Source: Eledone cirrhosa
Lineage: Eukaryota
DNA length: 64,000 nucleotides
Assembly: GCA_964016885.1 (NCBI GenBank)
Contig: OZ024742.1
Coordinates: 6,510,001 to 6,574,000 of the forward strand
Reading direction: 5' to 3'
In this document: in pieces, positions 13,501 to 25,939 of the stretch
Numbering within the stretch: the first letter of the stretch is position 1
How the letters are laid out: every line of letters starts with the position of its first letter
Program-made: the position numbers and the translations under genes
The notes under the pieces: generated by a model
What the model was told of the DNA's origin: nothing
What the model saw: the letters and a program-made list of their open reading frames with translations, nothing else
Databases searched by the model: none

Positions 13501-14940
13501 AAGTTAGAGGGTTAACCAGAGTAGTTTAGTGATCTATAACATAGTTCCTGACCCTAGAAGTTAGTGGGTTAACCAGAGCAGTTTACTGATATATAACATA
13601 GTTTCTTACCCTAGTAGTTAGAGGGTTAACCAGAGCAGTTTAGTGATCTATAACATATATCTTTACCCTAGTACTTAGAGGGTTAACCAGAGCAGTTTAG
13701 TGATGTATAACATATATCTTTACCCTAGTAGTTAGAGGGTAAACCAGAGCAGTTTAGTGATCTATAACATATTTCTTTCCCCTAGTAGTTAGAGGATTAA
13801 CCAGAGCAGTTTAGTGATCTATAACATAGTTTGTTAGACTAGTATCTAGAGGGTTAATCAGAGCAGCTTAGTGATCTATAACATAGTTTCTTAGCCTAGT
13901 AGTTAGAGGGTTAACCAGAGCAGTTTAGTGATCTATAACATAGTTTCTTAGCCTAGTAGTTAGAGGGTTAACCAGAGCAGTTTAGTGATCTATAACATAG
14001 TTTCTTACCCTAGTAGCTAGAGGGTTAACCAGAGCAGTTTAGTGATCTATAACAGTTTCTTACCCTAGTAGTTAGAGGGTTAACCAGAGCAGTTTAATGA
14101 TCTATAACATGGTTTCGTTCCCTAGTATTTCGAGGGTTAACCAGAGCAGTTTAGTGATCTATAACATAGTTTGTTAGACTAGTAGCTAGAGGGTTAACCA
14201 GAGCAGTTTAGTGATCTATAATGTAGTTTCTTACCCAAGTAGTTAGAGGGTTAACCAGAGCAGTTTAGTGATATATAACATAGTTCCTTACCCTAGTAGT
14301 TAGATGGTTAACCAGAGCAGTTTAGTGATCTATAACATAGTTTGTTAGACTAGTAGTTAGAGGGTTAACCAGAGCAGTTTAGTGATGTATAACATAGTTC
14401 CTTACCCTAGTAATTAGAGGGTTAACCAGAGCAGTTTAGTGATCTATAACATGGTTTCTTACCCTAGTAGGTAGAGGGTTAACCAGAGCAGTTTAGTGAT
14501 CTATAACATAGTTCCTTACCCTCGTAGTTAGAGGGTTAAGCAGAGCAGTTTAGTGATCTATAACATAGTTTCATACCCTAGTAGTTAGAGGGTTAAGCAG
14601 AGCAGTTTAGTGATATATAACATAGTTCCTTACCCTAGTTGTTAGAGGGTTAACCAGTACAGTTTAGTGATCTATAACATAGTTTCTTAGACTAGTAGTT
14701 AGAGGGTTAACCAGAGCAGTTTAGTCATATATAACATAGTTCCTTACCCTAGTAGTTAGAGGGTTAACCAGAGGAGTTTAGTGATATATAAGATAGTTCC
14801 TTACCCTAGTAGTTAGAGGGTTAACCAGAGCAGTTTAGTGATATATAACATAGTCCCTTACCCTAGTAGTTAGAGGGTTAACCAGAGCAGTTTAGTGATC
14901 TATAACATAGTTTCTTACCCTAGTAGTTAGAGGGTTAACC
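10540..14940. repeat. ~2.2-kb (38-39 monomer) tandem duplication
   Basis: CCACAAC at 10575 and 12737 (offset 2162 = 38x57-4). CTCGTAG at 12301 and 14521, and GAGGAG at 12551 and 14771 (offset 2220 = 39x57-3). GAGGCTAACC, GTCAGAG and CCACATCAG are shared. Confidence 0.9.
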
Positions 14941-16249
14941 AGAGCAGTTTAGTGATCTATAACATGGTTTCGGACCCTAGTATTTCGAGGATTAACCAGA
15001 GCAGTTTAGTGATCTATAACATAGTTTGTTAGACTAGTAGCTAGAGGGTTAACCAGAGCAGTTTAGTGATCTATAACATAGTTTCTTACCCAAGTAGTTA
15101 GAGGGTTAAGCAGAGCAGTTTAGTGATATATAACATAGTTCCTTACCCTAGTAGTTAGAGGGTTAACCAGAGCAGTTTAGTGATCTATAACATAGTTCCT
15201 TAACCTAGTAGTTAGAGGGTTAACCAGAGCAGTTTAGTGATCTATAACATAGTTTCTTACCCAAGTAGTTAGAGGGTTAAGCAGAGCAGTTTAGTGATAT
15301 ATAACATAGTTCCTTACCCTAGTAATTAGAGGCTTAACCAGAGCAGTTTAGTGATCTATAACATAGTTCCTTACCCTAGTAGTTAGAGGCTTAACCAGAG
15401 CAGTTTAGTGATATATAACATAGTCCCTTACCCTAGTAGTTAGAGGGTTAACCAGAGCAGTTTAGTGATCTATAACATAGTTTCTTACCCTAGTAGTTAA
15501 TGGGTTTACCAGAACAGTTTAGTGATATATAACATAGTCCCTTACCCTAGTAGTTAGAGAGTTAACCAGAGCAGTTTAGTGATCTATAACATAGTTTGTT
15601 AGACTAGTATCTAGAGGGTTAATCAGAGCAGCTTAGTGATCTATAACATAGTTTCTTAGCCTAGTAGTTAGAGGGTTAACCAGAGCAGTTTAGTGATCTA
15701 TAACATAGTTTCTTAGCCTAGTAGTTAGAGGGTTAACCAGAGCAGTTAAGTGATCTATAACTTAGTTTTTACCCTAGTAGCTAGAGGGTTAACCAGAGCA
15801 GTTTAGTGATCTATAACAGTTTCTTAGCCTAGTAGTTAGAGGGTTAACCAGAGCAGTTTAATGATCTATAACATGGTTTCGTACCCTAGTATTTCGAGGG
15901 TTAACCAGAGCAGTTTAGTGATCTATAACATAGTTTGTCAGACTAGTAGCTAGAGGGTTAACCAGAGCAGTTTAGTGATCTATAACATAGTTTCTTACCC
16001 AAGTAGTTAGAGGGTTAACCAGAGCAGTTTAGTGATATATAACATAGTTCCTTACCCTAGAAGTTAGAGGGTTAACCAGAGCAGTTTAGTGATCTATAAC
16101 ATAGTTTGTTAGACTAGTAGTTAGAGGGTTAACCAGAGCAGTTTAGTGATGTATAACATAGTTCCTTACTCTAGTAACTAGAGGGTTAACCAGAGCAGTT
16201 TAGTGATCTATAACATGGTTTCTTACCCTAGTAGGTAGAGGGTTAACCA

Positions 16250-19200
16250 GAGCAGTTTAGTGATCTATAACATAGTTCCTTACCCTAGTAGTTAGAGGGT
16301 TACCCCGTGCAGTTTAGTGATATATAACATAGTTCCTTACCCTAGTAGTTAGAGGGTTAAGCAGAGCAGTTTAGTGATCTATAACATAGTTTCATACCCT
16401 AGTAGTTAGAGGGTTAAGCAGAGCAGTTTAGTGAAATATAACATAGTTCCTTACCCTAGTAGTTAGAGGGTTAAGCAGAGCAGTTTAGTGATATATAACA
16501 TAGTTCCTTACCCTAGTTGTTAGAGGGTTAACCAGTACAGTTTAGTGATCTATAACATAGTTTCTTAGACTAGTAGTTAGAGGGTTAACCAGAGCAGTTT
16601 AGTCATATATAACATAGTTCCTTACCCTAGTAGTTAGAGGGTTAACCAGAGGAGTTTAGTGATATATAAGATAGTTCCTTACCCTAGTAGCTAGAGGGTT
16701 AACCAGAGCAGTTTAGTGATATATAACATAGTCCCTTACCCTAGTAGTTAGAGGGTTAACCAGAGCAGTTTAGTGATCTATAACACAGTTTCTTACCCTA
16801 GTAGTTAGAGGGTTAACCAGAGCAGTTTAGTGATCTATAACATAGTTTCGTACCCTAGTAGTTAGAGGGTTAACCAGAGCAGTTTAGTGATCTATAACAT
16901 GGTTTCGTACCCTAGTATTTCGAGGGTTAACTAGAGCAGTTTAGTGATCTATAACATAGTTTGTTAGACTAGTAGCTAGAGGGTTAACCAGAGCAGTTTA
17001 GTGATATATAACATAGTTCCTTACCCTAGTAGTTAGAGGGTTAACCAGAGCAGTTTAGTGATCTATAACATAGTTCCTTAACCTAGTAGTTAGAGGGTTA
17101 ACCAGAGCAGTTTAGTGATGTATAACATAGTTCCTTACCCTAGTAATTAGAGGGTTAACCAGAGCAGTTGAGTGATCTATAACATAGTTTCTTACCCTAG
17201 TAGTTAGAGGGTTAACCAGACCAGTTTAGTGATCTATAACATAGTTTCGTACCCTAGTAGTTAGAGGGTTAAGCAGAGCAGTTTAGTGATATATAACATA
17301 GTTTCATACCCTAGTAGTTAGAGGGTGAAGCAGAGCAGTTTAGTGATATATAACATAGTTCCTTACCCTAGTAGTTAGAGGGTTAAGCAGAGCAGTTTAG
17401 TGATATATAACATAGTTCCTTACCCTAGTAGTTAGAGGGTTAACCAGTACAGTTTAGTCATCTATAACATAGTTTCTTAGACTAGTAGTTAGAGGGTTAA
17501 CCAGAGCAGTTTAGTCATATATAACATAGTTCCTTACCCTAGTAGTTAGAGGGTTAACCAGAGGAATCTAGTGATATATAAGATAGTTCCTTACCCTAGT
17601 AGTTAGAGGGTTAACGAGAGCAATTTAGTGATATATAACATAGTCCCTTACCCTAGTAGTTAGAGGGTTAACCAGAGCAGTTTAGTGATCTATAACATAG
17701 TTCCTTACCCTAGTAGTTAGAGGGTTAACCAGAGCAGTTTAGTGATCAATGACATAGTTCCTTACCCTAGTAGTTAGAGGGTTAACCAGACCAGTTTAGT
17801 GATCTATAACATAGTTTGTTAGACTAGTAGCTAGAGGGTTAATCAGAGCAGTTTAGTGATCTATAACATAGTTTCTTACCCTAGTAGTTAGAGTGTTATC
17901 CAGAGCAGTTTAGTGATATATAACATAGTTTCTTACCCTAGAAGTTAGAGGGTTGACCAGAGCAGTTTAGTGATCTATAACATAGTAGCTTATTCTAGTA
18001 GTTAGAGGGTTAACCAGAGCAGTTTAGTGATCTATAACATAGTTCCTTACCCTAGTAATTAGAGGGTTAACCAGAGCAGTTTAGTGATCTATTACATGGT
18101 TTCTTACCCTAGTATTTCAAGGGTTAACCAGAGCAGTTTAGTGATCTATAACATAGTTTGTTAAGCTAGTAGCTAGAGGGTTAAGCAGAGCAGTTTAGTG
18201 ATCTATAACATAGTCTCTTACCCTAGTAGTTAGAGGTTTAACCAGAGCAGTTTAGTGAGCTATAACATGGTTTCTTACCCTAGTATTTCGAGGGTCAACC
18301 AGAGCAGTTTAGTGATCTATAACATAGTTCCTTACCCTAGTAGTTAGAGGGTTACCCCGTGCAGTTTAGTGATATATAACATAGTTCCTTACCCTAGTAG
18401 TTAGAGGGTTAAGCAGAGCAGTTTAGTGATCTATAACATAGTTTCATACCCTAGTAGTTAGAGGGTTAAGCAGAGCAGTTTAGTGATATATAACATAGTT
18501 CCTTACCCTAGTAGTTAGAGGGTTAAGCAGAGCAGTTTAGTGATATATAACATAGTTCCTTACCCTAGTTGTTAGAGGGTTAACCAGTACAGTTCAGTGA
18601 TCTATAACATAGTTTCTTAGACTAGTAGTTAGAGGGTTAACCAGAGCAGTTTAGTCATATATAACATAGTTCCTTACCCTAGTAGTTAGAGGGTTAACCA
18701 GAGGAGTTTAGTGATATATAAGATAGTTCCTTACCCTAGTAGCTAGAGGGTTAACCAGAGCAGTTTAGTGATATATAACATAGTCCCTTACCCTAGTAGT
18801 TAGAGGGTTAACCAGAGCAGTTTAGTGATCTATAACATAGTTTCTTACCCTAGTAGTTAGAGGGTTAACCAGAGCAGTTTAGTGATCTATAACATAGTTT
18901 CGTACCCTAGTAGTTAGAGGGTTAACCAGAGCAGTTTAGTGATCTATAACATGGTTTCGTACCCTAGTATTTCGAGGGTTAACTAGAGCAGTTTAGTGAT
19001 CTATAACATAGTTTGTTAGACTAGTAGCTAGAGGGTTAACCAGAGCAGTTTAGTGATATATAACATAGTTCCTTACCCTAGTAGTTAGAGGGTTAACCAG
19101 AGCAGTTTAGTGATCTATAACATAGTTCCTTAACCTAGTAGTTAGAGGGTTAACCAGAGCAGTTTAGTGATGTATAACATAGTTCCTTACCCTAGTAATT

Positions 19201-20430
19201 AGAGGGTTAACCAGAGCAGTTTAGTGATCTATAACATGGTTTCTTACCCTAGTAGGTAGAGGGTTAACCAGAGCAGTTTAGTGATCTATAACATAGTTTC
19301 TTACCCTAGTAGTTAGAGGGTTAACCAGACCAGTTTAGTGATCTATAACATAGTTTCGTACCCTAGTAGTTAGAGGGTTAAGCAGAGCAGTTTAGTGATC
19401 TATAACATAGTTTCATACCCTAGTAGTTAGAGGGTGAAGCAGAGCAGTTTAGTGATATATAACATAGTTCCTTACCCTAGTAGTTAGAGGGTTAAGCAGA
19501 GCAGTTTAGTGATATATAACATAGTTCCTTACCCTAGTAGTTAGAGGGTTAACCAGTACAGTTTAGTGATCTATAACATAGTTTCTTAGACTAGTAGTTA
19601 GAGGGTTAACCAGAGCAGTTTAGTCATATATAACATAGTTCCTTACCCTAGTAGTTAGAGGGTTAACCAGAGGAATCTAGTGATATATAAGATAGTTCCT
19701 TACCCTAGTAGTTAGAGGGTTAACCAGAGCAATTTAGTGATATATAACATAGTCCCTTACCCTAGTAGTTAGAGGGTTAACCAGAGCAGTTTAGTGATCT
19801 ATAACATAGTTCCTTACCCTAGTAGTTAGAGGGTTAACCAGAGCAGTTTAGTGATCAATGACATAGTTCCTTACCCTAGTAGTTAGAGGGTTAACCAGAC
19901 CAGTTTAGTGATCTATAACATAGTTTGTTAGACTAGTAGCTAGAGGGTTAATCAGAGCAGTTTAGTGATCTATAACATAGTTTCTTACCCTAGTAGTTAG
20001 AGGGTTATCCAGAGCAGTTTAGTGATATATAACATAGTTTCTTACCCTAGAAGTTAGAGGGTTAACCAGAGCAGTTTAGTGATCTATAACATAGTAGCTT
20101 ATTCTAGTAGTTAGAGGGTTAACCAGAGCAGTTTAGTGATCTATAACATAGTTCCTTACCCTAGTAATTAGAGGGTTAACCAGAGCAGTTTAGTGATCTA
20201 TTACATGGTTTCTTACCCTAGTATTTCAAGGGTTAACCAGAGCAGTTTAGTGATCTATAACATAGTTTGTTAAGCTAGTAGCTAGAGGGTTAAGCAGAGC
20301 AGTTTAGTGATCTATAACATAGTCTCTTACCCTAGTAGTTAGAGGTTTAACCAGAGCAGTTTAGTGAGCTATAACATGGTTTCTTACCCTAGTATTTCGA
20401 GGGTCAACCAGAGCAGTTTAGTGATCTATA
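16250..20430. repeat. ~2.1-kb (36-37 monomer) tandem duplication
   Basis: TACCCCGTG at 16301 and 18353 (offset 2052 = 36x57). GAGGAATCTA at 17561 and 19670, CATAGTAGCTTATTCTAG at 17981 and 20090, and GGGTCAACC at 18292 and 20401 (all offset 2109 = 37x57). Confidence 0.92.
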
Positions 20431-23400
20431 ACATAGTTTGTTAGACTAGTAGCTAGAGGGTTAACCAGAGCAGTTTAGTGATCTATGACATAGTCTCTTA
20501 CCCTAGTAGATAGAGGGTTAACCAGAGCAGTTTAGTGATCTATAACATGGTTTCTTACCCTAGTATTTCGAGGGTTAACCAGAGCAGTTTAGTGATATAT
20601 AACATAGTTTCTTACCCTAGTAGTTAGAGGGTTAACCAGAGCAGTTTAGTGATATATAACATAGTCCCTTACCCTAGTAGTTAGAGGGTTAACCAGAGCA
20701 GTTTAGTGATCTATAACATAGTTTCTTACCCTAGTAGTTAATGGGTTAACCAGAGCAGTTCAGTGATATATAACATAGTCCCTTACCCTAGTAGTTAGAG
20801 GGTTAAACAGAGCAGTTTAGTGATCTATAACATAGTTTGTTAGACTAGTAGCTAGAGGGTTAATCAGAGAAGCTTAGTGATCTATAACATAGTTTCTTAG
20901 CCTAGTAGTTAGAGGGTTAACCAGAGCAGTTTAGTGATCAATAACATAGATTCTTAGCCTAGTAGTTAGAGGGTTAACCAGAGCAGTTTAGTGATCTATA
21001 ACTTAGTTTTTACCCTAGTAGCTAGAGGGTTAACCAGAGCAGTTTAGTGATCTATAACATAGTTTCTTACCCTGGTAGTTAGAGGGTTAACCAGAGCAGT
21101 TTAGTGATCTATAACATGGTTTCGTACCCTAGTATTTCGAGGGTTAACCAGAGCAGTTTAGTGATCTATAACATAGTTTGTTAGACTAGGAGCTAGAGGG
21201 TTAACCAGAGCAGTTTAGTGATGTATAACTTGGTTTCTTTGCCTAGTAGTTAGAGGGTTAACCAGAGCAGTTTAGTGATCTATAACATAGTTTCTTACCC
21301 AAGTAGTTAGAGGGTTAACAAGAGCAGTTTAGTGATCTATAACATAGTTCCTTAACCTAGTAGTTAGAGGGTTAACCAGAGCAGTTTAGTGATGTATAAC
21401 ATAGTTCCTTACCCTAGTAATTAGAGGGTTAACCAGAGCAGTTTAGTGATCTATAACATGGTTTCTTACCCTAGTAGGTAGAGGGTTAACCAGAACTGTT
21501 TAGTGATCTATAACATAGTTCCTTACCCTAGTAGTTAGAGGGTTACCCCGTGCAGTTTAGTGATATATAACATAGTTCCTTACCCTAGTAGTTAGAGGGT
21601 TAAGCAGAGCAGTTTAGTGATCTATAACATAGTTTCATACCCTAGTAGTTAGAGGGTTAAGCAGAGCAGTTTAGTGATATATAACATAGTTCCTTACCCT
21701 AGTACTTAGAGGGTTAAGCAGAGCTGTTTAGTGATATATAACATAGTTCCTTACCCTAGTAGTTAGAGGGTTAAACAGTACAGTTTAGTGATCTATAACA
21801 TAGTTTCTTAGACTAGTAGTTAGAGGGTTAACAAGAGCAGTTTAGTCATATATAACATAGTTCCTTACCCTAGTAGTTAGAGGGTTAACCAGAGGAGTTT
21901 AGTGATATATAAGATAGTTCCTTACCCTAGTAGTTAGAGGGTTAACCAGAGCAGTTTAGTGATATATAACATAGTCCCTTACCCTAGTAGTTAGAGGGTT
22001 AACCAGAGCAGTTTAGTGATCTATAACATAGTTCCTTACCCTAGTAGTTAGAGGGTTAACCAGAGCAGTTTAGTGATCAATGACACAGTTCCTTACCCTA
22101 GTAGTTAGAGGGTTAACCAGAGCAGTTTAGTGATGTATAACATAGTTCCTTACCCTAGTAATTAGAGAGTTAACCAGAGCAGTTTAGTGATCTATAACAT
22201 GGTTTCTTACCCTAGTAGGTAGAGGGTTAACCAGAACTGTTTAGTGATCTATAACATAGTTCCTTACCCTAGTAGTTAGAGGGTTACCCCGTGCAGTTTA
22301 GTGAAATATAACATAGTTCCTTACCCTAGTAGTTAGAGGGTTAAGCAGAGCAGTTTAGTGATATATAACATAGTTCCTTACCCTAGTAGTTAGAGGGTTA
22401 AACAGTACAGTTTAGTGATCTATAACATAGTTTCTTAGACTAGTAGTTAGAGGGTTAACCAGAGCAGTTTAGTCATATATAACATAGTTCCTTACCCTAG
22501 TAGTTAGAGGGTTAACCAGAGGAGTTTAGTGATATATAAGATAGTTCCTTACCCTAGTAGTTAGAGGGTTAACCAGAGCAGTTTAGTGATATATAACATA
22601 GTCCCTTACCCTAGTAGTTAGAGGGTTAACCAGAGCAGTTTAGTGATCTATAACATAGTGCCTTACCCTAGTAGTTAGAGGGTTAACCAGAGCAGTTTAG
22701 TGATCAATGACACAGTTCCTTACCCTAGTAGTTAGAGGTTTAACCAGAGCAGTTTAGTGATCTATAACATAGTTTGTTAGACTAGTAGCTAGAGGGTTAA
22801 CCAGAGCAGTTTAGTGATCTATAACATAGTCTCTTACCCTAGTAGATAGAGGGTTAACCAGAGCAGTTTAGTGATCTATAACATGGTTTCTTACCCTAGT
22901 ATTTCGAGGGTTATCCAGAGCAGTTTAGTGATATATAACATAGTTTCTTACCCTAGTAGTTAGAGGGTTAACCAGAGCAGTTGAGTGATATATAACATAG
23001 TCCCTTACCCTAGTAGTTAGAGGGTTAACCAGAGCAGTTTAGTGATATATAACATAGTCCCTTACCCTAGTAGTTAGAGGGTTAACCAGAGCAGTTTAGT
23101 GATCTATAACATAGTTCCTTACCCTAGTAGTTAGAGGGTTAACCAGAGCAGTTTAGTGATCAATGACACATTTCCTTACCCTAGTAGTTAGAGGGTTAAC
23201 CAGAGCAGTTTAGTGATGTATAATATAGTTCCTTACCCTAGTAATTAGAGGGTTAACCAGAGCAGTTTAGTGATCTATAACATGGTTTCTTACCCTAGTA
23301 GGTAGAGGGTTAACCAGAACTGTTTAGTGATCTATAACATAGTTCCTTACCCTAGTAGTTAGAGGGTTACCCCGTGCAGTTTAGCGATATATAATATAGT

Positions 23401-25939
23401 TCCTTACCCTAGTAGTTAGAGGGTTAAGCAGAGCAGTTTAGTGATCTATAACATAGTTTCATACCCTAGTAGTTAGAGGGTTAAGCAGAGCAGTTTAGTG
23501 ATATATAACATAGTTCCTTACCCTAGTAGTTAGAGGGTTAAGCAGAGCAGTTTAGTGATATATAACATAGTTCCTTACCCTAGTAGTAGAGAGGGTTAAA
23601 CAGTACAGTTTAGTGATCTATAACATAGTTTCTTAGACTAGTAGTTAGAGGGTTAACCAGAGCAGTTTAGTCATATATAACATAGTTCCTTACCCTAGTA
23701 GTTAGAGGGTTAACCAGAGGAGTTTAGTGATATATAAGATAGTTCCTTACCCTAGTAGTTAGAGGGTTAACCAGAGCAGTTTAGTGATATATAACATAAT
23801 CCCTTACCCTAATAGTTAGAGGGTTAACCAGAGCAGTTTAGTGATCTATAACATAGTTTGTTAGACTAGTAGCTAGAGGGTTAACCAGAGCAGTTTAGTG
23901 ATCTATAACATAGTCTCTTACCCTAGTAGATAGAGGGTTAACCAGAGCAGTTTAGTGATCTATAACATGGTTTCTTACCCTAGTATTTCGAGGGTTAACC
24001 AGAGCAGTTTAGTGATATATAACATAGTCCCTTACCCTAGTAGTTAGAGGCTTAACCAGAGCAATTTAGTGATCTATAACATAGTTTCTTACCCTAGTAG
24101 TTAATGGGTTAACCAGAGCAGTTTAGTGATGTATAACATAGTTTGTTAGACTAGTAGCTAGAGGGTTAATCAGAGCAGCTTAGTGATCTATAACATAGTT
24201 TCTTAGCCTAGTAGTTAGAGGGTTAACCAGAGCAGTTTAGTGATCTATAACATAGTTTCTTAGCCTAGTAGTTAGAGGGTTAACCAGAGCAGTTTAGTGA
24301 TCTATAACTTAGTTGTTACCCTAGTAGCTAGAGGGTTAACCAGAGCAGTTTAGTGATCTATAACATAGTTTCTTACCCTAGTAGTTAGAGGGTTAACCAG
24401 AGCAGTTTAGTGATCTATAACATGGTTTCGTACCCTAGTATTTCGCGGGTTAACCAGAGCAGTTTAGTGATCAATAACATAGTTTGTTAGACTAGTAGCT
24501 AGAGGGTTAACCAGAGCAGTTTAGTGATGTATAACTTGGTTTCTTTGCCTAGTAGTTATAGGGTTAACCAGAGCAGTTTAGTGATCTATAACATAGTTTC
24601 TTACCCAAGTAGTTAGAGGGTTAACCAGAGCAGTTTAGTGATATATAACATAGTTCCTTACCCTAGTAGTTAGAGGGTTAACCAGAGCAGTTTAGTGATA
24701 TATAACATAGTTCCTTACCCTAGTAGTTAGAGGGTTAAGCAGAGCAGTTTAGTGATATATAACATAGTTCCTTACCCTAGTAGTTAGAGGGTTAAACAGT
24801 ACAGTTTAGTGATCTATAACATAGTTTCTTAGACTAGTAGTTAGAGGGTTAACCAGAGCAGTTTAGTCATATATAACATAGTTCCTTACCCTAGTAGTTA
24901 GAGGGTTAACCAGAGGAGTTTAGTGATATATAAGATAGTTCCTTACCCTAGTAGTTAGAGGGTTAACCAGAGCAGTTTAGTGATATATAACATAGTCCCT
25001 TACCCTAGTAGTTAGAGGGTTAACCAGAGCAGTTTAGTGATCTATAACATAGTTCCTTACCCTAGCAGTTAGAGGGTTAATTAGAGCAGTTTAGTGATCA
25101 ATGACACAGTTCCTTACCCTAGTAGTTAGAGGGTTAACCAGAGCAGTTTAGTGATGTATAACATAGTTCCTTACCCTAGTAATTAGAGGGTTAACCAGAG
25201 CAGCTTAGTGATCTATGACATGGTTTCTTACCCTAGTAGGTAGATGTTAACCAGAACTGTTTAGTGATCTATAACATAGTTCCTTACCCTAGTAGTTAGA
25301 GGGTTACCCCGTGCAGTTTAGTGATATATAACATAGTTCCTTACCCTAGTAGTTAGAGGGTTAAGCAGAGCAGTTTAGTGATATATAACATAGTTCCTTA
25401 CCCTAGTAGTTAGAGGGTTAAACAGTACAGTTTAGTAATCTATAACATAGTTTCTTAGACTAGTAGTTAGAGGGTTAACCAGAGCAGTTTAGTCATATAT
25501 AACATAGTTCCTTACCCTAGTAGTTAGAGGGTTAACCAGAGGAGTTTAGTGATATATAAGATAGTTCCTTACCCTAGTAGTTAGAGGGTTAACCAGAGCA
25601 GTTTAGTGATATATAACATAGTCCCTTACCCTAGTAGTTAGAGGGTTAACCAGAGCAGTTTAGTGATCTATAACATAGTGCCTTACCCTAGTAGTTAGAG
25701 GGTTAACCAGAGCAGTTTAGTGATCAATGACACAGTTCCTTACCCTAGTAGTTAGAGGTTTAACCAGAGCAGTTTAGTGATCTATAACATAGTTTGTTAG
25801 ACTAGTAGCTAGAGGGTTAACCAGAGCAGTTTAGTGATCTATAACATAGTCTCTTACCCTAGTAGATAGAGGGTTAACCAGAGCAGTTTAGTGATCTATA
25901 ACATCGTTTCTTACCCTAGTATTTCGAGGGTTATCCAGA

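Noticed and set aside
23385-23400. TATAAT / TATAAC / TATATAA motifs resembling -10 or TATA boxes
   Set aside because: They are part of the AT-rich monomer or single-base variants of it, with no downstream gene or supporting promoter context.
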